From: an uncultured bacterium
Lineage (GTDB): Bacteria > Vulcanimicrobiota > Xenobia > Xenobiales > Xenobiaceae
Assembly (NCBI GenBank): GCA_934644775.1
Contig: CAKUDB010000001.1
Coordinates: 36,441-100,440 of the forward strand
Reading direction: 5' to 3'
DNA: 64,000 nucleotides
The position numbers and the translations under genes were made by a program. A model generated the notes under the pieces. The model searched no databases. It worked only from the letters and a program-made list of their open reading frames with translations, and was not told where the DNA came from. Shown piece after piece: positions 1 through 10,629 of this stretch; position 1 is the stretch's first letter; each line of letters starts with the position of its first letter.

Positions 1-3000
1 TGGGCTTAGCCTACAATGTTGCTCCAGGTTTTAGCCCTTTTGAAGAGCCCCAAGCTTATGCTGCCGCCGTCCAAGGTTTTGTCGGCCAACAAGGGCTGGG
101 CTTTGTCGGTTGGGCCCAAGATTTAGCTTTAGATGGCCGCCGCCTCACCCAGGATCTCTCTTTAGAGGGGCGTTTAACTGGTCGTTTCGGAGTTTGGGGC
201 CATCCTCAAAATTTAGCTTTTAGCTATTTTACGGCTATAAGCGGCTCGCCAATTAAGCTTACAGACCAACATACTTTGTGGTTATCCGGCCTAGGGTCTT
301 TGAAAGATGGACGCTTAAGCTTAAGCGATAATATTTTGGCTTGGAATTATTGGCCTCGCTCTGGTTGGGAGGCTATTCCCCATTTAGAAGGCAGCGCTTA
401 TGCTTTTTTAGGGCCGGATATGGCTCGTCCGCTGCAGCAAAATGGCTGGCTTTATTCTTGGCTACCCAAAGTAGGCTTAGTAAAAATAGAGGGCGATATT
501 CTCTTGGGCACTCCTCTAAGCTACCAACTGGCCGCCCAAGCTACCGATATTGATCTAGCTTGGTTGCACGAGCAAAATTGGTTGCCCCAGGCTGCCGACT
601 TACTCGATCAAGCCAATATTACCGGCGGCCAGGCTAAGCTTTATGCCCAAATAGGCTCCGAAGCTGGAGTTCCGAAAATTTTACCCGGTACTTGGGCTTA
701 TATCCCTTGGTTTACGGCTGGAAGTGGCCACAACAGCCGAGTCTTTTCCGGGGCGGCTGCTCTATCTTCGGAAGTAGCTTACCAGCAATCCAATAAGGGT
801 CAAGCTACTATGGGGGTTATCAATTTAGAGCGCTTATTAGTCTCCTCTGCGCCTAGAGATAAACGCCTCTTCCAAAGCCAGGGAAGTTTGGCCAACTACG
901 ATTCCCAAATAGTGCCTCCAGGTTTATTGCAAGCTAAAGGCCATATCGACTCTGGTCAGACCACTTTAAATATTAAAGCTAAAGATTGGAATAGCGATCA
1001 AGTTATGGCTCTCTTGCCCAGTTTGGAAGGGCAAAGGCACAAGCTTGACGGTTGGCTAGGCACCGACGAACTCGATATTTCTTTTGATACTAAGCGCGGC
1101 CTTTTAGATACTTTATCTATGGAAGGATCCGTCTATTTCCACGACGGCCACTTGCTTTTGGCCGATAGCTTAATTCCTATCGACCAACTTTCTGCCCGAA
1201 TTAGTCGCAATAAGAATAAGCTGATCTTTTCTGACTTAAATTTGCTTTCCGACAATTTCCTTTTCCAAGGTTCGGGCTGGCGCAGCTCTTCAGGCCGTTT
1301 AGAGGCCGAACTTTATGCTAAAGATATTGACTTAAATGCCCTCTCTTACTTAGATCCTGCTCTGGCCGATTTGTATGGCCAAGCCGATTTGGCCTTGTGT
1401 ATTGAGTCTGACGATCCCTCTTTTAGAGCGGTGCAAGCTATTTTGGCTATGGAAGGGAAAGATGTTACTTGGAATTCTGTTCCGGTGAGCCTTTATTTCC
1501 CAGATTTTAGGATGGGGGCCCTTAAGAGGAGCGAAAGTGGCCAAGTCTATACTGCTAAGGGGCTAGGTATAGCGGCCAACTACCAAAAGGGGCGCTTTTA
1601 TATAAATATTCCTGAAGATGCGGTAAAATTTAGCGCTTATAGATTTTTTGAAAAAGCTTTACTCCCTAAAGAAGTAGCCGATCGCTTAACTAATTCCTCA
1701 GAAGATAAGCCTACTAAAGGATTCCGTCCCCATCCAGCTTTAGATAATGAGGGGAATATTATTGGGGCTCGTTTAGATAAAGATCCTGTCTCTTTTGGTA
1801 TTGTGGGTGATTTCAACTTTTCGCCCTCTTTAGGTTCTGGGATAAAGGATTGGTTCTTAGGCCCGGAAGGCCCCGAATTTGGTAATGCCGAGCATCCGCT
1901 AGTTTTCAGTTTGCAAAACTTCCAAGGCAATATGGCCCGAGCTGCTTTAGGTTTACCTATGAATCAGCGCCGCTTTAGTTTTAGTGGAGAACTGGGATTA
2001 AAGGGGCAGTGGTACCAAGGCCATTTGGCCTCTTCTCCGGCCGGTTCCTTGCGCTACAATTTCGATATTTCTCAGTTGGCTTTTGGTAGTGTCACTGTCG
2101 ATGAGGCGGAAAATATCCAAAGTGATAGAAAGAAGTTAGCCCCAGCCGATAAGGAGCCGCCCCGTCGTCTTTTGTGGCGCGGCCTTACTCTTAAGCAAAA
2201 CTTAAAGGGGGCTTACACCCGAGAAGAGAAAGTCGGCCGCTTTATTATCGAGCCTTTTGAGTTTGTACCCACAAAACATAGCTTTGGCCCAGAGGGTAAA
2301 GAAGACGAAGAAGCCGCTTCCGGCAGCCTTAGTGGTAGCGTAAATCTGGCTTTAACTCGCTTGCCGGGCCGCATTTCTACTAACGGTGCTACTTCGGAAA
2401 AGAAGCTTAGTCCCAATGCTCCTAAGTCAGCCCCTTCTATAGACGCCAATGAAGTTCACTTAAAAATAAGTCAGGTGCCTATTTCCGAATTGGGATCTTT
2501 CCTCTTCCCCAGTTTGAATAGCGGTTTTGTAGAAAACTTTGTTTTGAATGCTTCTGGCCCGGTCTACTCTCCGGCTTTCAATATGCTCTTTAATGTTACT
2601 AATGGTAGGGCTGGCAGTTTAGGTTTAGCTTCTATAACTGGTGCTGTTAGCGGCCGCCGCGATCCCCAAAGCAAAGTCTATCAAGTAAAACTTGGCACTT
2701 CTGAGACGCCTTTTAGAAATGAGCGGATCAAAGATATTGTCAGCCAAGGCTTGCAACAATGGGATAATTCCCCAGATTATGCTGACGGTATAAAAGTCTA
2801 TTTCGGCAAAGAGAAGAGAAACGATCGAGTCTTTAGCCTTTCTGGGATCTTGCCTTACAAAGTTACCCGAGTAAAACCCCAAGATAACACTTCTTTGGTG
2901 CCTTTCTGGGAAGGGACTAGCATCTCTTTAGACGGTGACGTCGATATCAACGCCGATCTTAAAGATAAAGACTTAGGCTTACTTTCCAATATTGTCAGCG

Positions 3001-4547
3001 ACGTTACTGACAGTGCTGGCAATATGTTAGGCAATTTACATGTAGGCGGTACTTTGGTGCGCCCTGAAGTTGTCGGTGAATTGAAAGTTGTCGATGGCAA
3101 AATCGAGCACAAGAAAGCCGGTGTTATTTCTAACTTAAATATTGAGGCCAACTTTGGTGAGATTCTCGATCCCCAACTGAAAACTAAGTATATCGAAGAG
3201 AAAAAACGCAATTATATAGCCGAGCATGGTTTGGGAGCCGTTTTGGCTGAACATCTGGCCCGTAAGGCTCAAAAAGAGCAGAAACAGCAACTGGATAAGG
3301 ATCCTTTTGCCGCTCTCGATTTGAACAACACCCGTTTTAACCGCGTCGAGTTGCGTAAGTTTACCGGTACGCTGGGTGACAAAACTTTTGTTGTGCAAGG
3401 ACGAGCCGATATGGACGGTTTTACTCCTATGGATGTAGATCTCTCCTTAAGTGGCGAGCAACTTCCTTTGCGCTGGGGTGGCCTTTTCGAAGGGCGAGCC
3501 GATGTCGATTTGCATTTAAGTAAAGCTAAGGTGAGCAGTGAAGATCTGGCTTTATGGAAGGAGAGTTTGCGTACTCGGGTGGCGACTCGTCCTAAGTTTG
3601 CTGTTTCTTCTTCTTCTGAGGTTAAGGATAAGGTCGTACCTATTCCCAAGTTGTATTATCTCTCGGGCAAAATTTCTGTACCTAGAGGCGACGTCAGTAT
3701 CGATGTTAGTAGCTTAACTAGCAATTCTGGGGTCAGTTTCGATTGGAGTAAACTTCCTCTCGATTATCGCGTCGACGTCAATATCGGTGAAGATGTCTGG
3801 ATGCACGCTTTAGGTTGTCGTATCAGAGCTGCCGGCCAATTGGCCGTCGTGCCCGATAAAGATACCGGTAAGCCGGTTATCGACGGTGAGGTCGATCTCT
3901 CCCGCGGTCTTTTAGCTATCCCTCTGTACGACTTAAAATTTAAAGTACGTACTGGCAAAGCCGTCTTTAAGCATAGTCAGATGCCGGAATTGCAAGAGGT
4001 AACGGCCGACGCTCAGGTAGACGATTACGAAGTTACGGCTTTTGTCAGTGGCGCTTATCCAAATATCAAAGTGGAATTTGTATCTAATCCTCCTTTAGCC
4101 GAAAAGGATATTCAGAACCTATTGGCCTTGGGCGGATTTGCCAAATATACTCCTTCTAATTCTGGCGCTCAGATAGTCCATACTCCGGGCAACACTACTG
4201 GAAGTCAGGCTGTTAGTACCGATTTAGATTTAAGTACTTCTGGTATTTCTATGCTTTCTAGGCTATTGTCTTCGCCCCTTACTCAAGAGATTAGTCGCAT
4301 GTTATTCTTGTCCGACTTCTCGGTAGATATAACTTCCCCCCACGGCTACTCTTTCAAGATTGCCAAAGCCATCGACTCCAAAGATCACTTCTTATTTACT
4401 TTGACGCGCAGTTTTAATAGCCAAACTGGCCAAGATGAAAGTGTTTATGGTATAGAGTGGCACTTCAAAAATAATATGCTCTTCCGCCTAGGTTTCGATC
4501 AAGATGGAGAAGTTCGCCCTTGGTTCCAAGGTTTTTGGGAATTTTAA
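1..4547 (+). CDS. tamB: TamB/AsmA-family translocation and assembly module protein (DUF490 C-terminus), 5'-truncated by window edge
   Basis: The reading frame is open from nt 3 with no stop until 4545-4547, so the ORF-track start at 276 is an internal Met. The product is very large, beta-rich and repetitive. The C-terminal ...GFDQDGEVRPWFQGFWEF is the typical DUF490/TamB terminus. Confidence 0.75.
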   Translation, partial: GLAYNVAPGFSPFEEPQAYAAAVQGFVGQQGLGFVGWAQDLALDGRRLTQDLSLEGRLTGRFGVWGHPQNLAFSYFTAISGSPIKLTDQHTLWLSGLGSLKDGRLSLSDNILAWNYWPRSGWEAIPHLEGSAYAFLGPDMARPLQQNGWLYSWLPKVGLVKIEGDILLGTPLSYQLAAQATDIDLAWLHEQNWLPQAADLLDQANITGGQAKLYAQIGSEAGVPKILPGTWAYIPWFTAGSGHNSRVFSGAAALSSEVAYQQSNKGQATMGVINLERLLVSSAPRDKRLFQSQGSLANYDSQIVPPGLLQAKGHIDSGQTTLNIKAKDWNSDQVMALLPSLEGQRHKLDGWLGTDELDISFDTKRGLLDTLSMEGSVYFHDGHLLLADSLIPIDQLSARISRNKNKLIFSDLNLLSDNFLFQGSGWRSSSGRLEAELYAKDIDLNALSYLDPALADLYGQADLALCIESDDPSFRAVQAILAMEGKDVTWNSVPVSLYFPDFRMGALKRSESGQVYTAKGLGIAANYQKGRFYINIPEDAVKFSAYRFFEKALLPKEVADRLTNSSEDKPTKGFRPHPALDNEGNIIGARLDKDPVSFGIVGDFNFSPSLGSGIKDWFLGPEGPEFGNAEHPLVFSLQNFQGNMARAALGLPMNQRRFSFSGELGLKGQWYQGHLASSPAGSLRYNFDISQLAFGSVTVDEAENIQSDRKKLAPADKEPPRRLLWRGLTLKQNLKGAYTREEKVGRFIIEPFEFVPTKHSFGPEGKEDEEAASGSLSGSVNLALTRLPGRISTNGATSEKKLSPNAPKSAPSIDANEVHLKISQVPISELGSFLFPSLNSGFVENFVLNASGPVYSPAFNMLFNVTNGRAGSLGLASITGAVSGRRDPQSKVYQVKLGTSETPFRNERIKDIVSQGLQQWDNSPDYADGIKVYFGKEKRNDRVFSLSGILPYKVTRVKPQDNTSLVPFWEGTSISLDGDVDINADLKDKDLGLLSNIVSDVTDSAGNMLGNLHVGGTLVRPEVVGELKVVDGKIEHKKAGVISNLNIEANFGEILDPQLKTKYIEEKKRNYIAEHGLGAVLAEHLARKAQKEQKQQLDKDPFAALDLNNTRFNRVELRKFTGTLGDKTFVVQGRADMDGFTPMDVDLSLSGEQLPLRWGGLFEGRADVDLHLSKAKVSSEDLALWKESLRTRVATRPKFAVSSSSEVKDKVVPIPKLYYLSGKISVPRGDVSIDVSSLTSNSGVSFDWSKLPLDYRVDVNIGEDVWMHALGCRIRAAGQLAVVPDKDTGKPVIDGEVDLSRGLLAIPLYDLKFKVRTGKAVFKHSQMPELQEVTADAQVDDYEVTAFVSGAYPNIKVEFVSNPPLAEKDIQNLLALGGFAKYTPSNSGAQIVHTPGNTTGSQAVSTDLDLSTSGISMLSRLLSSPLTQEISRMLFLSDFSVDITSPHGYSFKIAKAIDSKDHFLFTLTRSFNSQTGQDESVYGIEWHFKNNMLFRLGFDQDGEVRPWFQGFWEF

Positions 4548-4670
4548 GCCAAAATATTTTTTGAAGGCGTATCCTAAAAAAACAGAAAGAAAAGGCGCTT
4601 CTGCCTGCAATAGAGAACTTTCATTTTACAAAATATAATAACTTTATAGGGCCGAGGAAGGGGAAAGAAC

Positions 4671-7600
4671 GTGGATTTTTCTAAGTACAAGGGCTGGCTG
4701 TATATGAATCGCTGTCGCACTTCGAGCAGGAGGAGTACTAGCCTTACCAGTCCTTACTTATCTTTAGTTAAAGTATTAGGCGACACCGTTACGGATATAG
4801 AAAGACAATCGATAAACTCAGAAAACTGTAAAAAACAAGAAAAAAATAATCAGCAAAAAAATGAAAATATAAAAGAGACAGCTTCTCGTTCTGCCAACAG
4901 CTATAGTTGGGCCGACAACTTTGAATTTGATCCTTTTGATGAAAGCATTTTGACGGGTTGGAAGAGGACTAAAAAGCAACGCAGTATAGAATTGCCAGCT
5001 TTTTCTCCCTCGGGAGTAAAAGTAACTTCTATAGCCGAAGCCGCTTTTGCCGATTCTACCGATTTAGCCAAAATTATCATCCCCGAAGGGATCGTCTCTA
5101 TCGGCCAAGGGGCCTTTCTCAATTGTAGTAGTTTAGGCGGCATAGTTTTGCCCACTACCTTAAAAAGTATCGGCGACGGGGCTTTTAAGGGTTGCGTATC
5201 TTTAAAGAATATAACTTTGGGATCGTCTTTAGAGCGTTTGGGTCGCTCGGCTTTTAGCGAATGTACTTTGCTAAAAAAAGTAGCTTTCGCTCCGGGATCC
5301 GTGTTAAAAGAGATCCCTTCGTTATGTTTTTTTGAATGTGAAAGTTTACACGAAATAAAATGGCCTGAAGCTTTGCAAGCCATAAAAGAAGAGGCTTTTC
5401 GCGGTTGTACCGGCCTTGAGAGTATTAGTTTGCCCTCTTCTTTAGAGCAAATAGGTTATTCAGCTTTTCGTGGCTGTACCCGTTTAAAGTTGATACGTAT
5501 TCCCCAAAAGCTTATAACTCTGGCCGAATTTGCTTTTGCCGAATGTTCTGCCTTAGAAAGGGCCGAGTTACCCGAACATATTACTACTTTAGAAGGTGGT
5601 ATTTTTAGCAATTGCTCCAAGATGCGCTCTGTAAAGCTGAGCAACGCTTTGCAAAAGGTTGGCTTTAGTGCTTTTAGCGGCTGTACCTCTTTAAAAGATT
5701 TTTCTTTTCCTGCTTCTCTTTCGGCTGTTGGAGTGCGAGCCTTTTGTGATTGTGTAAGTTTGCAAAAGATCGATTTAAGTCGTTGTAAATTATCCATTTT
5801 GGAGCAAGAGGTCTTTAGCGGTTGTAGCGGCTTACACGAAATTTATTTGCCTTTTTGCCTACAAAAAATTTATAAAGCCTGTTTTAAAGGGTGTACCGAG
5901 CTTTATAGCGTGGAAATTCCCTCTGAGGTTAATTCTTTAGGAGAGCGCTGTTTTGAAAATTGTCGCAAACTTCACGAAATAGATCTTAGTGCTATTCCTC
6001 TAGCTATCCCTGAAGGTTTTTGTGCCGATTGCTCTCAGCTTACCTCTATTAGTTTCCACAATGATACTCCAGAAATAGGGGTGGGCGCTTTTGCCAATTG
6101 TCGCTCTTTAGTTAAGCTCGAGTTGCCGGAAAAGTTGCAAATTATCCGCGAGCGGGCCTTCTTAAATTGCTCGAGCCTCACAGAAATAGATTGTGGTAAG
6201 CAATTGCGTCGGCTCGGCTCTGAAGCTTTTAAAGGGTGTAACGCTTTGCGTCGAGTCGATTTGCCCGCCTCTTTAACCGTATTTGGCAAAGAAGGGCCGA
6301 TCTTTAGTAACGAAGCTGATGAATTAGTTATTTACGGTACGCCCAGCAGCAGTGCCGAAGATTATGCCCGCTTACATCGCATAAAGTTCTACGATCCTTT
6401 GCTCCACGAAATAAAAGAAGATGGCGGTGAAGAGGGTGACTATTTTGACAATAACGAGCTAGCTGAAGATACTTCCGACGAAGATCTTACCCCCGAAGAG
6501 GAAGAGACTGAGGTATTAGTGCCAGGCAGCCAGACCGTCTCTCGTCAGGTATTCGGTTTGCGGGTTAGTCCTTCTTCTTACAAATCTATCACTTCCAAGG
6601 GCGATTGGATCGTTATTCGCCACAAAGCCTTTGAGAAAAAAGCCGACGCTCGCTCCAATGTCCCGGTGGCTGTCCATTTAGAAGGCATAAACCATATAGG
6701 CAACAGAGCTTTTTGTAATCGCAACGTAGTATTTCTCGATTGTTCCGACAATTTAGTCTCTATTGGCAAAGCCGCTTTCTGGGGCTGTAGCTTATTGCAA
6801 AAAGTGCGCTGGTCTAAGCGTTTAAGTTTTATCGATAAAAGTGCTTTTTGGGGCTGCCACTCCTTAAAAACTCTGGATTTCCCCGATTCTTTGCAATTTA
6901 TCGATAATTGGGCCTTTTTGGGTTGCTCCGCTATAGAAAGTATCCATTTGCCCTCTTATTTAGTCTCTTTGGGAGATTATGTCTTCGCTTATTGCTCAAG
7001 TTTAGTTAATATTGTTATCCCTTCGGGGACTCGTTCTTTAGGCGTGGGCGTCTTTTTCGGCTGTAAGGCTCTGCGCCGAGTAGTTATACCCCCTTCTGTA
7101 AAACAGTTCGGCCCAGAAATGTGCCAATTTAGCCCTATTTTTGGCAGTGGTTGCCTTTTAGACGAGGGCAATAATGGCGAAGCTGATAAAAAAGATCAAG
7201 ATACAGAGCAAATTATTATCGTTTGCCAAAAAGATTCAGCAGCTCATGAATATGCTTTGCATTATGGCCTTAAGTGCGAGTTAATTAACTTCGAAGACGG
7301 TAGCTTGGCTAACGAGCTAATTAAAGGCGGAGGTTATATGCTCTGCGGCTTGGGCGTTTCAGATAGCACCTCTAAGTGTAGCCAAGCTTTTAGCGCTAAG
7401 TCTAAGCCAAGCCCTTCTCGGCCTGTAGTGCGCCTACTTAATGGGCGGCCAAACACTAAAGAGAAGGTCTCTAAGGTTGGCCTTTGGGCTGCTTCCAATA
7501 GCCGCCCAGAATTATCCCCTTCTACTACTTTCGCCCTTCTCCAAGGGGCTTACGAAGTGCTCGATCTGGCCGATTATTTGAAGGCTTGGCACAGAGCTTC

Positions 7601-9209
7601 GGCTTCGAGTGTAAAAAGGATCCTTAATTCTTCGCGTTTATTCTCTTCTATAGAAGATATATCGCCTATTAAAAATATTATCGCTAAAGAAGCTAAACCG
7701 TCAGTTCCAGAGTTGCCCCAAGAACCAGGGCCCAAAAAGATTCTGAAGGCGGCCAGCGATATTTTAGACTATATGGAAAAGATAGGCTGGTTCCATCACT
7801 TTGGCTTAGAAGCAGCCAAGAAAAGCTATCGTTTGCCTAAAAAGCCTTTAGTAGAAAATACTTTGGCAAAATCGCCTGCCCCTCAAGTAGAGCTGCCGCC
7901 GGAAAGGCTCGCTCCTCAAGAGGCTGCCCCTTCTACACCCTCTATAAAAAAGGGCGCTGCCCCAATTTATGCTCCAGCTAAATATGCCAGGGATATTTTA
8001 AGGCCAGCTGCTCGAGAGCCTAAACATATCTTGTCTAAATTGTCCCTTCCTTACCGAAGCTCGGCCGAAAAATCTTCTTCTGGCGCTATCGCTGCCGCCG
8101 GAGCTTTAAGTAATAGCTCTCCTTCAGTAACGACCAAAATAAATTTAGAATTAGAGCGCTACTATAAAGGGGCCTTGGCTTTAAGTGGGATAAGGTCGCC
8201 AGGAGAGCCCAGTATCTTCTCCCTTTCCGATTCTGTTGAAGAAAAAACGGTTCTGGCAGCGGCTTCGGCGGCAACCCCGGCAGTTCCGACGACAACCTCG
8301 GCAGCTTCGACAGCTCCGGTAGCTCCGGTAGTTCCGGTAGTTCCGACGGCGGCCCCGGCAGCTTCGGCAATCAGCCCCAATGCTGAGCCTGTTGGTCAGG
8401 GGATCGTTTTGGCCAAAGTGCCCAATTTGTCTATTTCTAAAGTTAATGTGCCCGACGCTTTGGAAGGGCGTCTCGTCGAAGCTCTCAGCGACAATTTTAT
8501 GAAGGGCAATGACGTTGTAGAAGAGATCAACTTAGGCCCTTCTTTAAAAGTTATTGGTGTCGACGCCTTTAGAAGTTGTAGTCGCTTGCGCTTAGTCAAT
8601 ATGGCTAAAGAGGGTTTACAAATCGTTAAAGACGGGGCTTGGCGCAGTTGTGAGCGACTTACCGAAATAAGCCTTCCCGACACTATCCAAGAATTGGGCA
8701 GCCGAGTTTTCTGCGCTTGTAGTCAATTGCGCCAGGTTAAATTGCCTGCCTCTTTGCTTAAGCTTGGGGAGGCAGCTTTTGCCGATTGTCGCTCTTTACA
8801 AAGCTTAGAGCTTCCCCAGGGCCTCAAAGAAGTGGGCAGCAAAGCTTTCTTTGGCTGTCGCAATTTGGAAAGTATCTTTATCCCCGAATCTTTAGCCCAT
8901 TTGGAAGATAAGCTCTTCGACGTCTCTCAGAAGCTTACCATCTATGCTCCTGAGGGCTCGGCAGCCCAATCTTATGCTGTAGCTCACGCTATTCCCTTTA
9001 GTGAAGCTTCTATCGATACTTGGCAAGAGGTGGTGCTCCAAAGGAGACAAACTTCAGAAGCCCAAACTCAAGAGGCTCAGCAAGTTTCTGCCACTGATAC
9101 TATCCAGGTAGAGAGCGCCGAAAGTGTTAAAGATGAAAATATTTCTTTAGAGAAAAAAGCCAAATATCTTAAGAGAATAGCCGCTAGAACTAAGGGAAAG
9201 CGCCGCTAA
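4671..9209 (+). CDS. Giant BspA-type leucine-rich-repeat (LRR_5) protein, 1512 aa, two LRR blocks separated by acidic and Pro/Ala-rich low-complexity segments
   Basis: Many tandem ~23-aa repeats of the form L..I...AF..C..L..I.LP..L..IG..AF..C are present. They run across aa 120-540 and 1290-1430. A central DEE-rich region and a PAVPTTTSAAS...PVVPVVP tract separate them. No obvious signal peptide. The start is uncertain, with an alternative Met 11 codons downstream. Confidence 0.75.
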   Translation: MDFSKYKGWLYMNRCRTSSRRSTSLTSPYLSLVKVLGDTVTDIERQSINSENCKKQEKNNQQKNENIKETASRSANSYSWADNFEFDPFDESILTGWKRTKKQRSIELPAFSPSGVKVTSIAEAAFADSTDLAKIIIPEGIVSIGQGAFLNCSSLGGIVLPTTLKSIGDGAFKGCVSLKNITLGSSLERLGRSAFSECTLLKKVAFAPGSVLKEIPSLCFFECESLHEIKWPEALQAIKEEAFRGCTGLESISLPSSLEQIGYSAFRGCTRLKLIRIPQKLITLAEFAFAECSALERAELPEHITTLEGGIFSNCSKMRSVKLSNALQKVGFSAFSGCTSLKDFSFPASLSAVGVRAFCDCVSLQKIDLSRCKLSILEQEVFSGCSGLHEIYLPFCLQKIYKACFKGCTELYSVEIPSEVNSLGERCFENCRKLHEIDLSAIPLAIPEGFCADCSQLTSISFHNDTPEIGVGAFANCRSLVKLELPEKLQIIRERAFLNCSSLTEIDCGKQLRRLGSEAFKGCNALRRVDLPASLTVFGKEGPIFSNEADELVIYGTPSSSAEDYARLHRIKFYDPLLHEIKEDGGEEGDYFDNNELAEDTSDEDLTPEEEETEVLVPGSQTVSRQVFGLRVSPSSYKSITSKGDWIVIRHKAFEKKADARSNVPVAVHLEGINHIGNRAFCNRNVVFLDCSDNLVSIGKAAFWGCSLLQKVRWSKRLSFIDKSAFWGCHSLKTLDFPDSLQFIDNWAFLGCSAIESIHLPSYLVSLGDYVFAYCSSLVNIVIPSGTRSLGVGVFFGCKALRRVVIPPSVKQFGPEMCQFSPIFGSGCLLDEGNNGEADKKDQDTEQIIIVCQKDSAAHEYALHYGLKCELINFEDGSLANELIKGGGYMLCGLGVSDSTSKCSQAFSAKSKPSPSRPVVRLLNGRPNTKEKVSKVGLWAASNSRPELSPSTTFALLQGAYEVLDLADYLKAWHRASASSVKRILNSSRLFSSIEDISPIKNIIAKEAKPSVPELPQEPGPKKILKAASDILDYMEKIGWFHHFGLEAAKKSYRLPKKPLVENTLAKSPAPQVELPPERLAPQEAAPSTPSIKKGAAPIYAPAKYARDILRPAAREPKHILSKLSLPYRSSAEKSSSGAIAAAGALSNSSPSVTTKINLELERYYKGALALSGIRSPGEPSIFSLSDSVEEKTVLAAASAATPAVPTTTSAASTAPVAPVVPVVPTAAPAASAISPNAEPVGQGIVLAKVPNLSISKVNVPDALEGRLVEALSDNFMKGNDVVEEINLGPSLKVIGVDAFRSCSRLRLVNMAKEGLQIVKDGAWRSCERLTEISLPDTIQELGSRVFCACSQLRQVKLPASLLKLGEAAFADCRSLQSLELPQGLKEVGSKAFFGCRNLESIFIPESLAHLEDKLFDVSQKLTIYAPEGSAAQSYAVAHAIPFSEASIDTWQEVVLQRRQTSEAQTQEAQQVSATDTIQVESAESVKDENISLEKKAKYLKRIAARTKGKRR

Positions 9210-9260
9210 AAAGAGCGCTATTTAGCCATAGTTCCTACAGCCAAAGAAAGATGAAAACTT

Positions 9261-10511
9261 ATGGATCAGATTGGAAATGCTTTAGAGCGGATAGCCGGTG
9301 CCTTAGAGCGTATCGCTGCGGCAATAGAGCGAGGGGCTATTCTCTCTCAAGATAATTTGTCGGCTGCCACCGAGCTTATTGAAGAGAGCCAAAAGTTAGG
9401 AGAGGCAGCATCTAAGCAAGCGCTCTCTACAGAGGCTGTCTCTACAGTTGAGCGCTCGGAGGAAAGATCTTCCGAACTTAAGGCCCGCCTTGAGCCTGGG
9501 TTGGAAGCGCCGCTCAAGTCCGAATTGGCCCCTGAAGTGCTGCCTGTATCTCAAGTTGGCCTTGAGGTTGCTTCTGAAGCTACCTTAGAGCCTGAGTCTA
9601 AGTCTGAGTTCGAAGGGCAGCTTATTAAGTATGAGAGCAGCGAAACTGAAGCTGTTCCCTTATCTAAAGAAGAAGTTGGCGAAACTGAAGAGCTTATCTT
9701 TGAATTACCAGATAACCGCTCTAAAGAGAATTTCGCTGGTACTTATCCTGCTTTGTCCCAATTTTTGGAAAGCAGAGGTATCGCCATTTGTGAGGTTTTC
9801 TCTCCGTTAGTCCCCCAGGCTCTCGACGACAGGTTAGAAGAAATAGCCCTATATATGGGAAAGCGCTACTCCGATATTGCTCCGCTGCTCTTGGCTATAA
9901 AGGCCAATTTGCGCACCGGTTTTAATTTCTCTTTAGACTTTGCCTCTTGCTCGGCAGCTTCGGCCAAGATAATCGATAAACTTTGTCGGGCCCTTTACGA
10001 AATTGCCTTTTTAGATGAATATCGCTATTTAGGCTATCCCGACTTTAAAGTTCAGGCTCGAGCTTCCACTATAGGTATAGCTCATAATTTCTTTAGCGGT
10101 TTTTGGTTTGAGCGCTATATCGCCCAAGAAACGGTCGCTATTATTAAGGCCGTGCGCAACGAGTTTAATTTAGAAGCAGATAATTTTGAAATTATCCGCA
10201 ACGCCAAGCTTATGTGTCAAGGGATCCCTCGAGAGAGAGATCTTTTAATTAGTTGTGCCGACCAATATTATTGGTTGGAGTGTAAGTCGGGCGACAACTA
10301 TATCGACAGTATTCCGGCTTATGATACTTTCTCAGCCCATTTTGACTTTGAACGAGACAATTGTTTCTTGGTCTTTTTAAGCGCTGAGGCGGGCTACCAC
10401 CGAGCGGCCGGCTCAGGAATGCAAATTTGCTCTAGTGCAGAATTTCCCGAGCGGTTTGCCAATTTATTGCGAGCCAATTTGGAAAAGGCTGGCTACACTA
10501 GAGGCGCTTAA
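9261..10511 (+). CDS. Hypothetical protein, 416 aa: N-terminal coiled-coil/acidic low complexity, C-terminal globular domain of unknown function (possible PD-(D/E)xK-like motif D-x13-E-C-K)
   Basis: A long ORF starts 52 nt after the LRR gene. The N-terminus has an ALERIAGALERIAAAIERGA heptad-like repeat. The C-terminal 230 aa are non-repetitive and contain ...DLLISCADQYYWLECKSG... I could not match it to a family by eye. Confidence 0.6.
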   Translation: MDQIGNALERIAGALERIAAAIERGAILSQDNLSAATELIEESQKLGEAASKQALSTEAVSTVERSEERSSELKARLEPGLEAPLKSELAPEVLPVSQVGLEVASEATLEPESKSEFEGQLIKYESSETEAVPLSKEEVGETEELIFELPDNRSKENFAGTYPALSQFLESRGIAICEVFSPLVPQALDDRLEEIALYMGKRYSDIAPLLLAIKANLRTGFNFSLDFASCSAASAKIIDKLCRALYEIAFLDEYRYLGYPDFKVQARASTIGIAHNFFSGFWFERYIAQETVAIIKAVRNEFNLEADNFEIIRNAKLMCQGIPRERDLLISCADQYYWLECKSGDNYIDSIPAYDTFSAHFDFERDNCFLVFLSAEAGYHRAAGSGMQICSSAEFPERFANLLRANLEKAGYTRGA

Positions 10512-10546
10512 GCTAAAGAGAGCTTACCGGCTAGGCTCAAAAAAAC

Positions 10547-10599
10547 AAAGCCCCTTTCTAAGCTTATCAAGTTATCAATAAGCCTAGAAAAGGGGCTTT
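10547..10599. terminator. Bidirectional rho-independent terminator (about 20-bp imperfect stem flanked by A-run and T-run)
   Basis: aaagcccctttctaagctta...taagcctagaaaaggggcttt sits between convergent genes 9261..10511 (+) and 10630..11382 (-). Confidence 0.55.
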
Positions 10600-10629
10600 A
10601 TTAAGTTAATCAACGGTAAAGGTAAGAAA

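Noticed and set aside
341-4000. Numerous 60-130 aa ORFs on both strands inside tamB, such as 341-553, 1637-1930 and 3269-3649
   Set aside because: They are nested within a continuous 4.5-kb open frame with clear TamB character, and none has start signals.
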